NCBI GenBank assembly: GCA_013626165.1
Contig: NDHX01000010.1
Span: 1 to 50,015, forward strand
Length of the DNA stretch: 50,015 bases
Direction of reading: 5' to 3'
Source: Candidatus Velesiimonas alkalicola
Lineage (GTDB): Bacteria; Omnitrophota; Gorgyraeia; Velesiimonadales; Velesiimonadaceae
Shown: positions 38,027 to 47,380 of the stretch, one piece after another
Position numbering within the stretch: the first letter of the stretch is position 1
How the letters are laid out: every line of letters begins with the position of its first letter
Notes under the pieces: generated by a model
What the model was told of the DNA's origin: nothing
The model's input: only the letters and a program-made list of their open reading frames with translations
Database searches by the model: none
Made by a program: the position numbers and the translations under genes

Positions 38027-38881
38027 TTATTCCCCTGGATAAAATATTAGTTTTGGTCTTTGTTTTTCACCTGTAATTGTAATCTTACCTGTATCTGTAT
38101 CATAAATACCCTTATCGCCAAAAAGTTCATTTTCACCTTCTTTTAACCTCACATTGCCTTTTGCAATTATCTTCAATATTTTCCTATTCTGTGGGTCAAA
38201 AAATACTTCAACAGTGTCAGCAAAAAGCTCTCCTCTGTGATCTATCACATGCACATTTTCATTAAATACGGCTATGGACTTTTGAAAATCCACATCAAGA
38301 GGTCCTGTGCAGGTGATAATGGTAGGTTGAAGTGCAGGCTGTCCCTGTTCTTCTTGGGCGCCTGATTTTACTTCAAGTTTGACATCTTCTTTTAACTGTA
38401 CCTGTTTTAGGCTCACCTCAGCAATTGCTCCTTTTCCAATTGCCTTAATGTTTTCCTTTTCAACAGATACAACATCTTTTGTTGTTATAGTTTTACTTTC
38501 TTCTATCCAGTTTAAAGAGTCTGTATACAGATTCACACCGTCGGATGTATGTGCTTTCACATTTTTTCTTAATTCAAGATTATTTGTATTCCTGTCAATT
38601 TTTCCCTCATCAGCAACAACCTTTACAAAACCTTCTTCACTATACGCAGTTGCAATGATAGTATCAAGAAGTACAATATTGCCCGCAATAAACTTTGCAG
38701 AACTTCCCTCCAGTTCCCATCTGACACCCTGCTGTCCCCTGCCAGATCTGTGTGAAACACGAAATCCTGAAACCTGCTGTTCAACAGGAGGTAGAACATT
38801 TTCTTGTACCTTCTTTTCCTGAACTTTACAACCAGAACAAACCGTAGTAATAAATATAAAAATCATAATTTTTCTGTACAT
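38027..38881 (-). CDS. lptC: Extended LptC/LptA-like beta-jellyroll periplasmic protein
   Basis: Lipoprotein-like signal (VCSGC), WELEG, LYTDSLNW, C-terminal OstA/LptA-like FNENVHV...IIAKGNV; lies between kdsC and lptB. Confidence 0.75.
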   Translation of the reverse strand: MYRKIMIFIFITTVCSGCKVQEKKVQENVLPPVEQQVSGFRVSHRSGRGQQGVRWELEGSSAKFIAGNIVLLDTIIATAYSEEGFVKVVADEGKIDRNTNNLELRKNVKAHTSDGVNLYTDSLNWIEESKTITTKDVVSVEKENIKAIGKGAIAEVSLKQVQLKEDVKLEVKSGAQEEQGQPALQPTIITCTGPLDVDFQKSIAVFNENVHVIDHRGELFADTVEVFFDPQNRKILKIIAKGNVRLKEGENELFGDKGIYDTDTGKITITGEKQRPKLIFYPGE

Positions 38882-39067
38882 ATATTCCTCAATTTCTCTA
38901 TGTTAACATTTACTGTGGACCGTTCTCTGTTCATCGAAGGTCGTATTCTGTAGGCCGTATTCCGTCGTCCGTTTTTTTACAGTATACAAAATACGATATA
39001 CGAACGACGGCTTTTATCCATCGCCTCATCACCTGTCCCCTTGACTCCTACCTGCTACCTACTATAT

Positions 39068-39619
39068 TTATGTCCCTACGCCAAACCATCTTCTGGATAT
39101 AATCTGTGACCACATTGTCTGATCAAATTTATTCTGTGCCTTTAAAATAATATTACATACTTCTCTAACAGCACCCTGTCCGCCCCTTGATGTTGTAACA
39201 ATATGAGATAGTTTTTTTAATTCTTCCTGCGCGCTGTTAACACTTACAGATAAACCGGCCCTCCTGATAGGACCTATATCATCCATATCATCTCCGATAT
39301 ATGCAATCTCTTGTTCTGATACCTTCCATTTCCTGATCACTTTATCAAAATAGCAATTTTTATCTTTTTTTACATTATATACCTTTACACAGGCAAGTTC
39401 ATTTGCTCTCCTTGAAACTGCTCTACTTTTCCTTACACTGAACCAGATAACAGGTATATTTGCCTTTTTCAAAAGAAGAAGACCAAACCCATCCTGTGCG
39501 CTAAAATTCTTTAATTCATCTCCGAAATTATCATATACAATCCTGCCATCTGTAAGAACACCGTCCACATCTGTTATCAGAAGCCTTATTTTTGAAGCCC
39601 GTTCTGTTATAATGTCCAT
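39068..39619 (-). CDS. kdsC: KDO-8-phosphate phosphatase
   Basis: DVDGVLTDG, QDGFG, AYIGDD, GGQGAVRE. Confidence 0.9.
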   Translation of the reverse strand: MDIITERASKIRLLITDVDGVLTDGRIVYDNFGDELKNFSAQDGFGLLLLKKANIPVIWFSVRKSRAVSRRANELACVKVYNVKKDKNCYFDKVIRKWKVSEQEIAYIGDDMDDIGPIRRAGLSVSVNSAQEELKKLSHIVTTSRGGQGAVREVCNIILKAQNKFDQTMWSQIISRRWFGVGT

Positions 39620-39631
39620 TGTCCCTCCTAT

Positions 39632-40369
39632 TCAAACAAAAAACAGCCTTGTATATAAAAAGATGTAAATCTCTTTTACTTTTTCAAACAAATTCTTTAA
39701 AAAATCCAGGAATAAAAATTCAGGGGATATAAGACTAAATATGCAGGAGATGAGCAAAAGATTAAAAATATATATAATCTGCATTGAAAGTAAATAACCC
39801 ACCTGTTCAATATCAGGCTGTTCTATTTTCAATGCCTCGGATGTATTAACAATATGAAATGTAAGTGAGGCGCCTATTGCAAAAATAAAAAAATTAAAAT
39901 GATCAGAAATTTCTTTCCAGAATATTCCAGCAACATAATAGGCAAGTACAAAAATAAGTGTAAGAATCGGAATTATATACGGGAAAAGCAGTATCAGGAT
40001 GTTAGACTTCGTGGTTTCAACAGAGCCTCCTTTTGGCAGGATTCTAAACCTTTTAACCCTTCCCCCTGTAAGCCAGGTGGGTATTGCATGAAGCACCTCG
40101 TGTGTAAATACATACAAAAATGTCGGTTTATAGATAATGGTATGAAAGATAAGATATGCAAGACACCCTAAAAGGAAAAAGAACGGTTCATCTCCTGATA
40201 TTTGGACATCCCTTATATAATCGTAAAAAGAAAGAGTTGATGCCACTACAAGGGGGATAAGAAAAATTGTAATAATAAATTTTATAATCCCGCTAAAAAA
40301 CGAACCTTTTGTTTTAGAATGTTTTTTTGGTGGTTCTTTTTTATTTTTTTCTGATGACATCCTGCCCAT
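39632..40369 (-). CDS. Membrane protein with HExxH motif (M50-like metalloprotease)
   Basis: Several TM segments; YVFTHEVLHA; FPY motif. Confidence 0.6.
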   Translation of the reverse strand: MGRMSSEKNKKEPPKKHSKTKGSFFSGIIKFIITIFLIPLVVASTLSFYDYIRDVQISGDEPFFFLLGCLAYLIFHTIIYKPTFLYVFTHEVLHAIPTWLTGGRVKRFRILPKGGSVETTKSNILILLFPYIIPILTLIFVLAYYVAGIFWKEISDHFNFFIFAIGASLTFHIVNTSEALKIEQPDIEQVGYLLSMQIIYIFNLLLISCIFSLISPEFLFLDFLKNLFEKVKEIYIFLYTRLFFV

Positions 40370-41618
40370 CCATGTATTTTATCAAAGCATTCGGAACTTG
40401 CACACTCCCATTTTTTTGCTGATAATTTTCAAGTATGCAGATAATTGTTCTTGCAAGAGCAACACCGGAACCGTTCAGTGTATGAACCAGCCCGCTTTTG
40501 CCTGTGGTACGATTTTTATACCTTATATTTGCCCTTCGGGCTTGAAAATCCTCAAAGTTTGAACAGGAAGAAACCTCTAGATATGTATTTGCAACATGGG
40601 CCCAGCCTTCTATATCATAACACTTGCTTGCGGCAAAACTTGTCCCCTGTGCTGATAACAACATAACCCTGTAGGGAATATTTAACATCTGAAGTATCTT
40701 TTCTGCACATCCCAAAAGCGTTTCCAGTTCATCATATGAGTTTTCGGGTTTTACAATCTTCACAAGTTCAACCTTATCAAACTGGTGAACCCTTGTTAAG
40801 CCCTTTGTTTCTCTACCATATGTTCCGGCCTCTCTCCTGAAACAGGGCGTATATGCGGTTATATAAAGGGGAAGGTTTTCCTCGGGTATAGCCTCATTTG
40901 AATATATATTTGTAAGTGGAACCTCTGCTGTGGGAATAAGAAAAAGGTCATCATCTTTAAGCCTGTACATATCTTCTTCTAATTTTGGAAGTTGACCAGT
41001 AGCTGTCATTGAGGCCCTGTTGACAAGAAGCGGCGGCCAAACCTCCTTAAAATTATGCTCCTTTGTATGTGTATCAAGCATAAAACCTATAAGTGCTCTT
41101 ACAAGTTTTGAACCATCGCCTTTGAACAGTGGAAACGCATGACCTGTAATTTTTGCCGCCCTCTGCATATCAAGTATATCAAGTTCTTCTGCTATCTGCA
41201 TATGATTTTTAGGCTGAAAGTTAAATTTCCTGAATTTTCCCCATTGCCGTATAATTCTATTTTCAGAAGCAGGACCAACCGGAACACTATTATGCAAAAT
41301 ATTGGGAATTATCCAAAGTATCTTGTTAATCTGTTCCTCTTTTTCTTTTATGACACAATCAATCTGTTGTATCTTATTTGAAACAAAACGCATTTCCTCT
41401 ATTATCAGATGCGTATCCTTCCCCTGTTTTTTTAGTAGTGCAATTTCCTCGCTTGCAGTATTCTTTTTATGCTTTAAAGCGTCAGCCTCTATTAGAAGCC
41501 GTCTTCTTTCCTCATCTAAACAAATAAGTTTATCAATATCTACTGCATAACCAGAACGTGCTCTTATTACCCACTCTACCTTTTCAATGTTTTCTCTGAT
41601 ATATTTGATGTCTAACAT
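40341..41618 (-). CDS. serS: Seryl-tRNA synthetase
   Basis: MLDIKYIREN, LIPTAEVP, CFRREAG, RVHQFDKVE, EVSSCSN, HTLNGSG. Confidence 0.98.
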   Translation of the reverse strand: MLDIKYIRENIEKVEWVIRARSGYAVDIDKLICLDEERRRLLIEADALKHKKNTASEEIALLKKQGKDTHLIIEEMRFVSNKIQQIDCVIKEKEEQINKILWIIPNILHNSVPVGPASENRIIRQWGKFRKFNFQPKNHMQIAEELDILDMQRAAKITGHAFPLFKGDGSKLVRALIGFMLDTHTKEHNFKEVWPPLLVNRASMTATGQLPKLEEDMYRLKDDDLFLIPTAEVPLTNIYSNEAIPEENLPLYITAYTPCFRREAGTYGRETKGLTRVHQFDKVELVKIVKPENSYDELETLLGCAEKILQMLNIPYRVMLLSAQGTSFAASKCYDIEGWAHVANTYLEVSSCSNFEDFQARRANIRYKNRTTGKSGLVHTLNGSGVALARTIICILENYQQKNGSVQVPNALIKYMDGQDVIRKK

Positions 41619-41837
41619 TTTTTATTCCTTTTATTTTTCAGTTTTTTTTCAGGTGTAGTATATAGAAAATTTAAAAAATTAAAGCAGGCAGTTAGCAGTT
41701 TTTTACTACTTGCAGCCCACTATTTTTAGCATTTGCCCTCATGGAAACTGAGGAACGGAGACTTGATATTTAATGTTTTTTTAAAATAATATACACCGCT
41801 ACTTATCAGAAAATGCTACAACTGAAATCTTATCACC

Positions 41838-43379
41838 TTATTCCCACTCAATTGTTGAAGGAGGTTTTGAACTTATATCAAAAACAACCCTGTTTATACC
41901 CTGAATCTCATTTATTATCCTGTTTGATATCTTTGTAAGCGTCTTGCTGGGAATTCTTGCCCAATCTGCTGTCATCCCATCCTGGCTGGTAACCGCACGG
42001 ATAACAACCGCATTCTGGTATGTTCTTTTGTCCCCCATTATTCCAACACTTTTTACAGGAAGAAGAACAGCAAATGCCTGCCATAACCATCTGTACAGAC
42101 CGGCAAGCCTTATTTCTTCTTCAACAACAGCATCTGCCTGACGAAGAATCCTTAATCTTTCTTCCGTAATACTTCCTATTATACGAACAGAAAATCCAGG
42201 GCCAGGGAACGGATGCCTGAATATTATTTCTTCTGATATATTTAATTCTCGCCCAACCTGACGAACCTCATCCTTAAAAAGAAACCTTAACGGCTCTATA
42301 AGTTTTAGTTTCATTTTTTTGGGAAGCCCCCCTACATTGTGATGACTCTTTATTATGCTTGAGGGTCCTCCATATACAGAGCGGGATTCAATGACATCGG
42401 GATAGAGAGTTCCCTGTGCAAGAAATTGGACAGACTTTATTTTTTTTGCCGCAGACTCAAACACTTTTATAAACTCTGCTCCTATTATCTTTCTTTTTTT
42501 TTCAGGGTCTGCTACACCCTCTAATTTTTTAAGAAACCTCTTTCTTGCATCAACAGACACAAGGTCTATATGAAAATGCCTTCCAAATGTTTCTTTCACT
42601 CTTTCAGCCTCACCCTGCCTGAGAAGTCCATTGTCAACAAATATACACTTAAGTTGGTTGCCTATGGCCTGGTGTATAAGAACAGCAGCAACAGACGAAT
42701 CCACTCCACCGCTTAAGCCAAGGACAACCTTCCCCTGTCCTGCCTGACTTTTTATCCTTTTCACAGACTCATCTATAAAAGAACGCATAGTCCATAAACC
42801 TTTGCACTTACAAACCCTTTTAAGAAAATTTGCTATCATCCTTGTTCCAAAAGCAGTGTGGACAACCTCAGGATGAAACTGAACTGCGAAAAGTTCTCTT
42901 TTTATATTCGCCATTGCTGCAAATTTAGTACTGTTGGTTGTTGCTAACACCACAAAGCCCGGAGGAATCTTTGACACAAAATCACAATGACTTGTCCAAA
43001 CAGGACTTTTTTTTGGAATAGAAACAAAAAAATCATTTTTGCTCATAATCTCTAATTCCGCATAACCATATTCCCTTGTTTTTGCTTTGTGGACAAGACC
43101 GCCCAAAAGATGTGCCATAACCTGCATACCATAACATATACCAAGAACAGGAATCCCAATTTCAAATAACTCCCTACCACACATAGGAGCATTTTTTTCA
43201 TAAACACTTGCAGGTCCGCCCGAAAGTATAATCCCGGACACGCCTGCCTGTTTTATATCTTTAATCTTTACTATATGAGGGACCACTTCACAATATACAT
43301 GTTCTGCACGAACCCTTCTTGCAATAAGTTGAACATACTGTGAGCCAAAATCTATAATCCATATCAGTTCTTTTTTCAT
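41838..43379 (-). CDS. guaA: GMP synthase (glutamine-hydrolyzing)
   Basis: DFGSQY, LGICYGMQ, QFHPEV, SGGVDS, KSHHNVGG, SKPPSTIEWE. Confidence 0.98.
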   Translation of the reverse strand: MKKELIWIIDFGSQYVQLIARRVRAEHVYCEVVPHIVKIKDIKQAGVSGIILSGGPASVYEKNAPMCGRELFEIGIPVLGICYGMQVMAHLLGGLVHKAKTREYGYAELEIMSKNDFFVSIPKKSPVWTSHCDFVSKIPPGFVVLATTNSTKFAAMANIKRELFAVQFHPEVVHTAFGTRMIANFLKRVCKCKGLWTMRSFIDESVKRIKSQAGQGKVVLGLSGGVDSSVAAVLIHQAIGNQLKCIFVDNGLLRQGEAERVKETFGRHFHIDLVSVDARKRFLKKLEGVADPEKKRKIIGAEFIKVFESAAKKIKSVQFLAQGTLYPDVIESRSVYGGPSSIIKSHHNVGGLPKKMKLKLIEPLRFLFKDEVRQVGRELNISEEIIFRHPFPGPGFSVRIIGSITEERLRILRQADAVVEEEIRLAGLYRWLWQAFAVLLPVKSVGIMGDKRTYQNAVVIRAVTSQDGMTADWARIPSKTLTKISNRIINEIQGINRVVFDISSKPPSTIEWE

Positions 43380-44743
43380 ATTTTTTTTAGATTTAATCCG
43401 TCCAAAACGGCATCAAGTAGACTTTGAGCAACGTTTTTTACCTTCGCATCGGAATCACCCTCAACCATAACCCTTACCAAAGGTTCTGTCCCCGAATATC
43501 TTACGACAATCCTTCCATATTTACCCAACCTTCTGTTTGCATCTTCTAACGCTTTCTTATACAATTCAATCTTATCCAACGGGACCTTATTCTTGACGGG
43601 TGCATTTAACAAAATCTGAGGAAATTTTTTCATACAGGAGGAAAGATCCTCTAATGTTTTTCCTGTTTTATTCATAAATTTAAGAACCTGTATTAGTGTA
43701 ACAATCCCATCACCTGCTGTTGAGCACCTTAAAAATATAATGTGCCCGGACTGTTCGCCCCCTATAACATAATTTCCTTTTAACATCTCATCAAGAACAT
43801 TTTTATCCCCGACAGCCGTTCTTATCAGCCTTGCCCCGTTTTCCTTTAATGCAATCTCTAATCCAAGATTACTCATAACAGTTCCAACAACAGTGTTACA
43901 GGATAAAATCCCTTCTTTTAACATATCAAGCCCAAGCATTGCAAGAACAAAATCTCCATCCACAATATTTCCTTTTGCATCACAAAAAATTGCCCTGTCA
44001 GCATCGCCGTCTAATGCAACACCTATATCTGCCTTATCGGTTCGCACAATATTACATATATTTTCAGGACAGGTTGAACCGCACCCTTTATTTATATTTA
44101 CGCCGTCGGGTGCATTTGAATACACCATAACACTTGCATCTATCTGTTTTAAAAATTTTTCTATAATATAAGAAGCAGCACCATTGGCACAATCAACAGA
44201 TATTTTTAAGTCTTGGACATTCAAACCATCGGAGACTCCACCGTTGGGCAAGCGGGCAACCCCTGCTAAATAATCAAGATAAATATCTTCACACATCTTT
44301 CCTGCATCCTCAATAACAGGACTGGTTGTTATATCTGTTCTATCTTCAAATAAAAGCCTTTCAATTTCTCTTTCATATTTAGACGCAATCTTTATACCAT
44401 CTGAACTGAATATTTTTATTCCGTTGTATTCAGACGGATTATGTGAGGCAGAGATACTTATACCCGCATCGGCTTTCATCTTTTTAACAAGCACAGACAT
44501 AGCAGGAGTTGGAAGCAGACCCGCATCTAAAACTGTTGTTCCATATTTTGTCATACCTGAACACAGATCAGAAAAAATAGACTGACCTGAACATCTTCCA
44601 TCCCTGCATAAGACAATACTTTTTGCATCAAGCAGCCTTGAAAGGAAAAAACCGATGTTTTTCACTGTGTGTTTATCCAATGGCCACTTGTTATATTCTG
44701 CTCTTAATCCATCGGTATTAAATATTATGGGTATGTTTTTCAT
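43376..44743 (-). CDS. glmM: Phosphoglucosamine mutase
   Basis: ISASHNP, DCANGA, DGDADR, GGEQSGH, RYSGTEP. Confidence 0.93.
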   Translation of the reverse strand: MKNIPIIFNTDGLRAEYNKWPLDKHTVKNIGFFLSRLLDAKSIVLCRDGRCSGQSIFSDLCSGMTKYGTTVLDAGLLPTPAMSVLVKKMKADAGISISASHNPSEYNGIKIFSSDGIKIASKYEREIERLLFEDRTDITTSPVIEDAGKMCEDIYLDYLAGVARLPNGGVSDGLNVQDLKISVDCANGAASYIIEKFLKQIDASVMVYSNAPDGVNINKGCGSTCPENICNIVRTDKADIGVALDGDADRAIFCDAKGNIVDGDFVLAMLGLDMLKEGILSCNTVVGTVMSNLGLEIALKENGARLIRTAVGDKNVLDEMLKGNYVIGGEQSGHIIFLRCSTAGDGIVTLIQVLKFMNKTGKTLEDLSSCMKKFPQILLNAPVKNKVPLDKIELYKKALEDANRRLGKYGRIVVRYSGTEPLVRVMVEGDSDAKVKNVAQSLLDAVLDGLNLKKI

Positions 44744-44750
44744 ATATCGG

Positions 44751-45674
44751 TTATTCTTTTATTTTTTGGCCCTTATAATATGATACAGCATTCCACCCCG
44801 CCTCTGCACCTTCTCCGCAGGCAGATATTGCCTGTTTAAAACTCCCAGAACGAACATCCCCGCAGGCAAAAATACCTTCGGCAGAGGTTTGAAAATTTTT
44901 ATCTGTAATAATATATCCATCTTCATCTAATTTTAGAAAGGAAAACTTTTTCGTCTGTGGTTCGGTGCCTATGTGTATAAAAACTGCATCTGTTTTCAGT
45001 CTCATTATCTTGCCCGCATGAGCAGATTTTATAACAATCTCTTCAACATTCTGTTCACCTGTTATTTGTTCAATAATATATCCAAGAAATGTTTTTACAC
45101 CGGACAATTCAAACTGTTTTATAACATCAGGACTGGCACGGTATTGTTCTCTTCTATGAATAAGCATAACCCTGCAATTGATACTGGAAAGATATGATGC
45201 ATCTGTAAGTGCCCGATTACCTCCGCCTATAACTACAACATCTTTTCCCTTAAAAAAAGGGCCATCACAGGTTGCGCAATAAGAAACCCCTCTGCCTGCA
45301 AACCGCTCTTCTCCAGGGACATTCAATAGTTTAGGTTTAAGACCTGTTGCAATAACAATTGCTTTTGTTTCATAAATGCCGTCCTGTGTACATACACCAT
45401 ATTCTTCGCCTTGTGTTATTTCTTGTGCCTCTTCATATCTTATATCACAACCGGCCTTTTTTGCAGACTCAAACATCTTTTCTGCAAGTTCAAAACCTGT
45501 TATACCTTCAGGAAAACCGGGATAATTTTCTATTCTATATGCCTTGCCAATCTGCCCACCGTGAAACTGTCTTTCTAATATAAGAACATTTGCTCCCCAC
45601 CTTCCGCAATAAAGTCCTGCTGTAAGTCCTGACGGACCGGCGCCTATTATTACCACATCAGTTTTTTGTTTCAA
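44751..45674 (-). CDS. trxB: Thioredoxin reductase
   Basis: GAGPSGL, ENYPG, GVSYCATCDG, GGGN, GIFACGD. Confidence 0.93.
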   Translation of the reverse strand: MKQKTDVVIIGAGPSGLTAGLYCGRWGANVLILERQFHGGQIGKAYRIENYPGFPEGITGFELAEKMFESAKKAGCDIRYEEAQEITQGEEYGVCTQDGIYETKAIVIATGLKPKLLNVPGEERFAGRGVSYCATCDGPFFKGKDVVVIGGGNRALTDASYLSSINCRVMLIHRREQYRASPDVIKQFELSGVKTFLGYIIEQITGEQNVEEIVIKSAHAGKIMRLKTDAVFIHIGTEPQTKKFSFLKLDEDGYIITDKNFQTSAEGIFACGDVRSGSFKQAISACGEGAEAGWNAVSYYKGQKIKE

Positions 45675-45872
45675 TATGCCATCCCCTTTTTAAAAGGCAA
45701 CAGGATACAGGCGACGAGGTGACAGGGAAAAAAGTTTTTGTTGTTCTGTTTTCCTCGTCACCAGTCACCCGTATTCCGTCATCCGTAGTCCGTATTTCGT
45801 TGTCCGTATTCCGTATTTTATATTTTTGATGGGATACGGTATACGAATAACGGCCTTTATCCGTCACCTGTT

Positions 45873-46097
45873 TTACGGTACTGCCTGAACAGACTTTACT
45901 TGAGGAATTTTTTCTTTTAGCACCTTCTCTATTCTCGTTTGAAGTGTAATATGAGCCATAGGACAGGAGCCGCAGGCACCTTTTAGCCTTACCTTAACAA
46001 CCCCTTCTGGAGTAACCTCTACAAGTTCCACATCCCCGCCATCTTTTTTAAGATTCTCACGAACCTCTTTTAGTGCTTCTTCAACCTTTTCCCTCAT
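45873..46097 (-). CDS. NifU/NfuA C-terminal domain protein
   Basis: DGGDVELV, GACGSCP. Confidence 0.9.
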   Translation of the reverse strand: MREKVEEALKEVRENLKKDGGDVELVEVTPEGVVKVRLKGACGSCPMAHITLQTRIEKVLKEKIPQVKSVQAVP

Positions 46098-46723
46098 ATT
46101 TTCTCTCCTTTTTTAATACACATATCATCCAGAACACATTTGTTATGTTGAGGATTTTTTGCTGCGCAAACATTTCTTCCTAAGTTTATAATTAGATATG
46201 AAATCTTTATCCATTTCTCTTTAGGAACAATATTCATTAAATCTTTTTCTATTTTTTCAGGGTCTTTATTATTGGTCAAGCCCAACCTGTAACAAACTCT
46301 TTTCACATGTGTATCTACAATAATACCCTGGCTTTTTCCAAAAGCCTGCCCCAAAACAACATTGGCTGTTTTTCTTGCAACGCCCGGCAACAGTAAAAGT
46401 TCTTCCATATTATCAGGTATTTTCCCTTTAAATTTATCCCTTACCATTTTTGCAGCAGATATAATATTTTTAGCCTTGTTCTTATAAAATCCTGTTGAAT
46501 ATATAATTTTTTCAAATTCTTTTATATCTGCATTTGCATAATCTTCAACTGTTCTATATTTTTCAAAAAGCACCTTTGCAACATCATTTACCCTTACATC
46601 CGTGCACTGCGCAGAAAGAATTGTTGCTACAAGAAGCTCAAATGGATTAGAATACTTAAGTGCAGTTGTTGCGCCGGGATATACTTTCTCAAGTCTTTTT
46701 ATAATCTCACCCACTTTTTCCAC
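46094..46723 (-). CDS. nth: Endonuclease III (GTG start)
   Basis: LLVATILSAQCTD, LPGVARKTANVV, VDTHVKR; Fe-S motif C-x6-H-x2-C-x5-C. Confidence 0.94.
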   Translation of the reverse strand: MEKVGEIIKRLEKVYPGATTALKYSNPFELLVATILSAQCTDVRVNDVAKVLFEKYRTVEDYANADIKEFEKIIYSTGFYKNKAKNIISAAKMVRDKFKGKIPDNMEELLLLPGVARKTANVVLGQAFGKSQGIIVDTHVKRVCYRLGLTNNKDPEKIEKDLMNIVPKEKWIKISYLIINLGRNVCAAKNPQHNKCVLDDMCIKKGEKI

Positions 46724-46729
46724 AAGTTT

Positions 46730-46791
46730 ATTATATATTGAAATATCAATTAAGTCAAAAACTTGCCTTGAGCCTGTAAATCTGATAAAAT
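46730..46791. promoter_or_regulatory. Divergent leaderless promoters for nth and pyrE
   Basis: Minus strand: TTGACT(46758-46753)-17-TATAAT(46735-46730)-6 nt-GTG. Plus strand: TTGCCT(46763)-17-TAAAAT(46786-46791) with extended TG, then 7 nt to ATG. Confidence 0.7.
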
Positions 46792-46798
46792 AACAGAT

Positions 46799-47380
46799 AT
46801 GAATAAAGAAACTGTTCTGAATATATTTAAAAAATATAATGCCTTATTAGAAGGACATTTTAGTCTTTCAAGCGGACTTCACAGTCCAAACTATCTTCAG
46901 TGTGCGATATTGTTGCAGTATCCTGATGTTTCTGAAATCCTTTGTAAAGAAATTGCAGATAATTTTAAAAGCGACGGCATAACCGTAGTAGCAGGGCCTG
47001 CAATAGGAGGGATATTAGTTGCATATGAAATTGCACGCGCAATAAAATGCAGGTCTATATTTACAGAAAAAGAAAACGGCAGGATGACATTAAGAAGAGG
47101 ATTTGAAATAAATCCCTTGGACAGGGTCCTTGTTGTAGAAGATGTGATAACAACGGGTGGTTCGGTACTTAAGATATTGGAACTTATAAAAGAAAAAAAA
47201 GCATATATTGCGGGTGTTGGTTCAATAGTTGATAGAAGTGCAAGTGTGGCTAACTTCGGGCACTCTCTGGGTGTAAAGTTTGTTAAACTTCTTACAATAA
47301 ATGTCCGTGTGTATAAACAAGAAGAATGCCCTCTTTGTAAAAAAAACATACCCCTGACAAAACCTGGAAGCAGAAAATGA
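46799..47380 (+). CDS. pyrE: Orotate phosphoribosyltransferase
   Basis: GHFSLSSGLHS, VLVVEDVITTGGS. Confidence 0.93.
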   Translation: MNKETVLNIFKKYNALLEGHFSLSSGLHSPNYLQCAILLQYPDVSEILCKEIADNFKSDGITVVAGPAIGGILVAYEIARAIKCRSIFTEKENGRMTLRRGFEINPLDRVLVVEDVITTGGSVLKILELIKEKKAYIAGVGSIVDRSASVANFGHSLGVKFVKLLTINVRVYKQEECPLCKKNIPLTKPGSRK

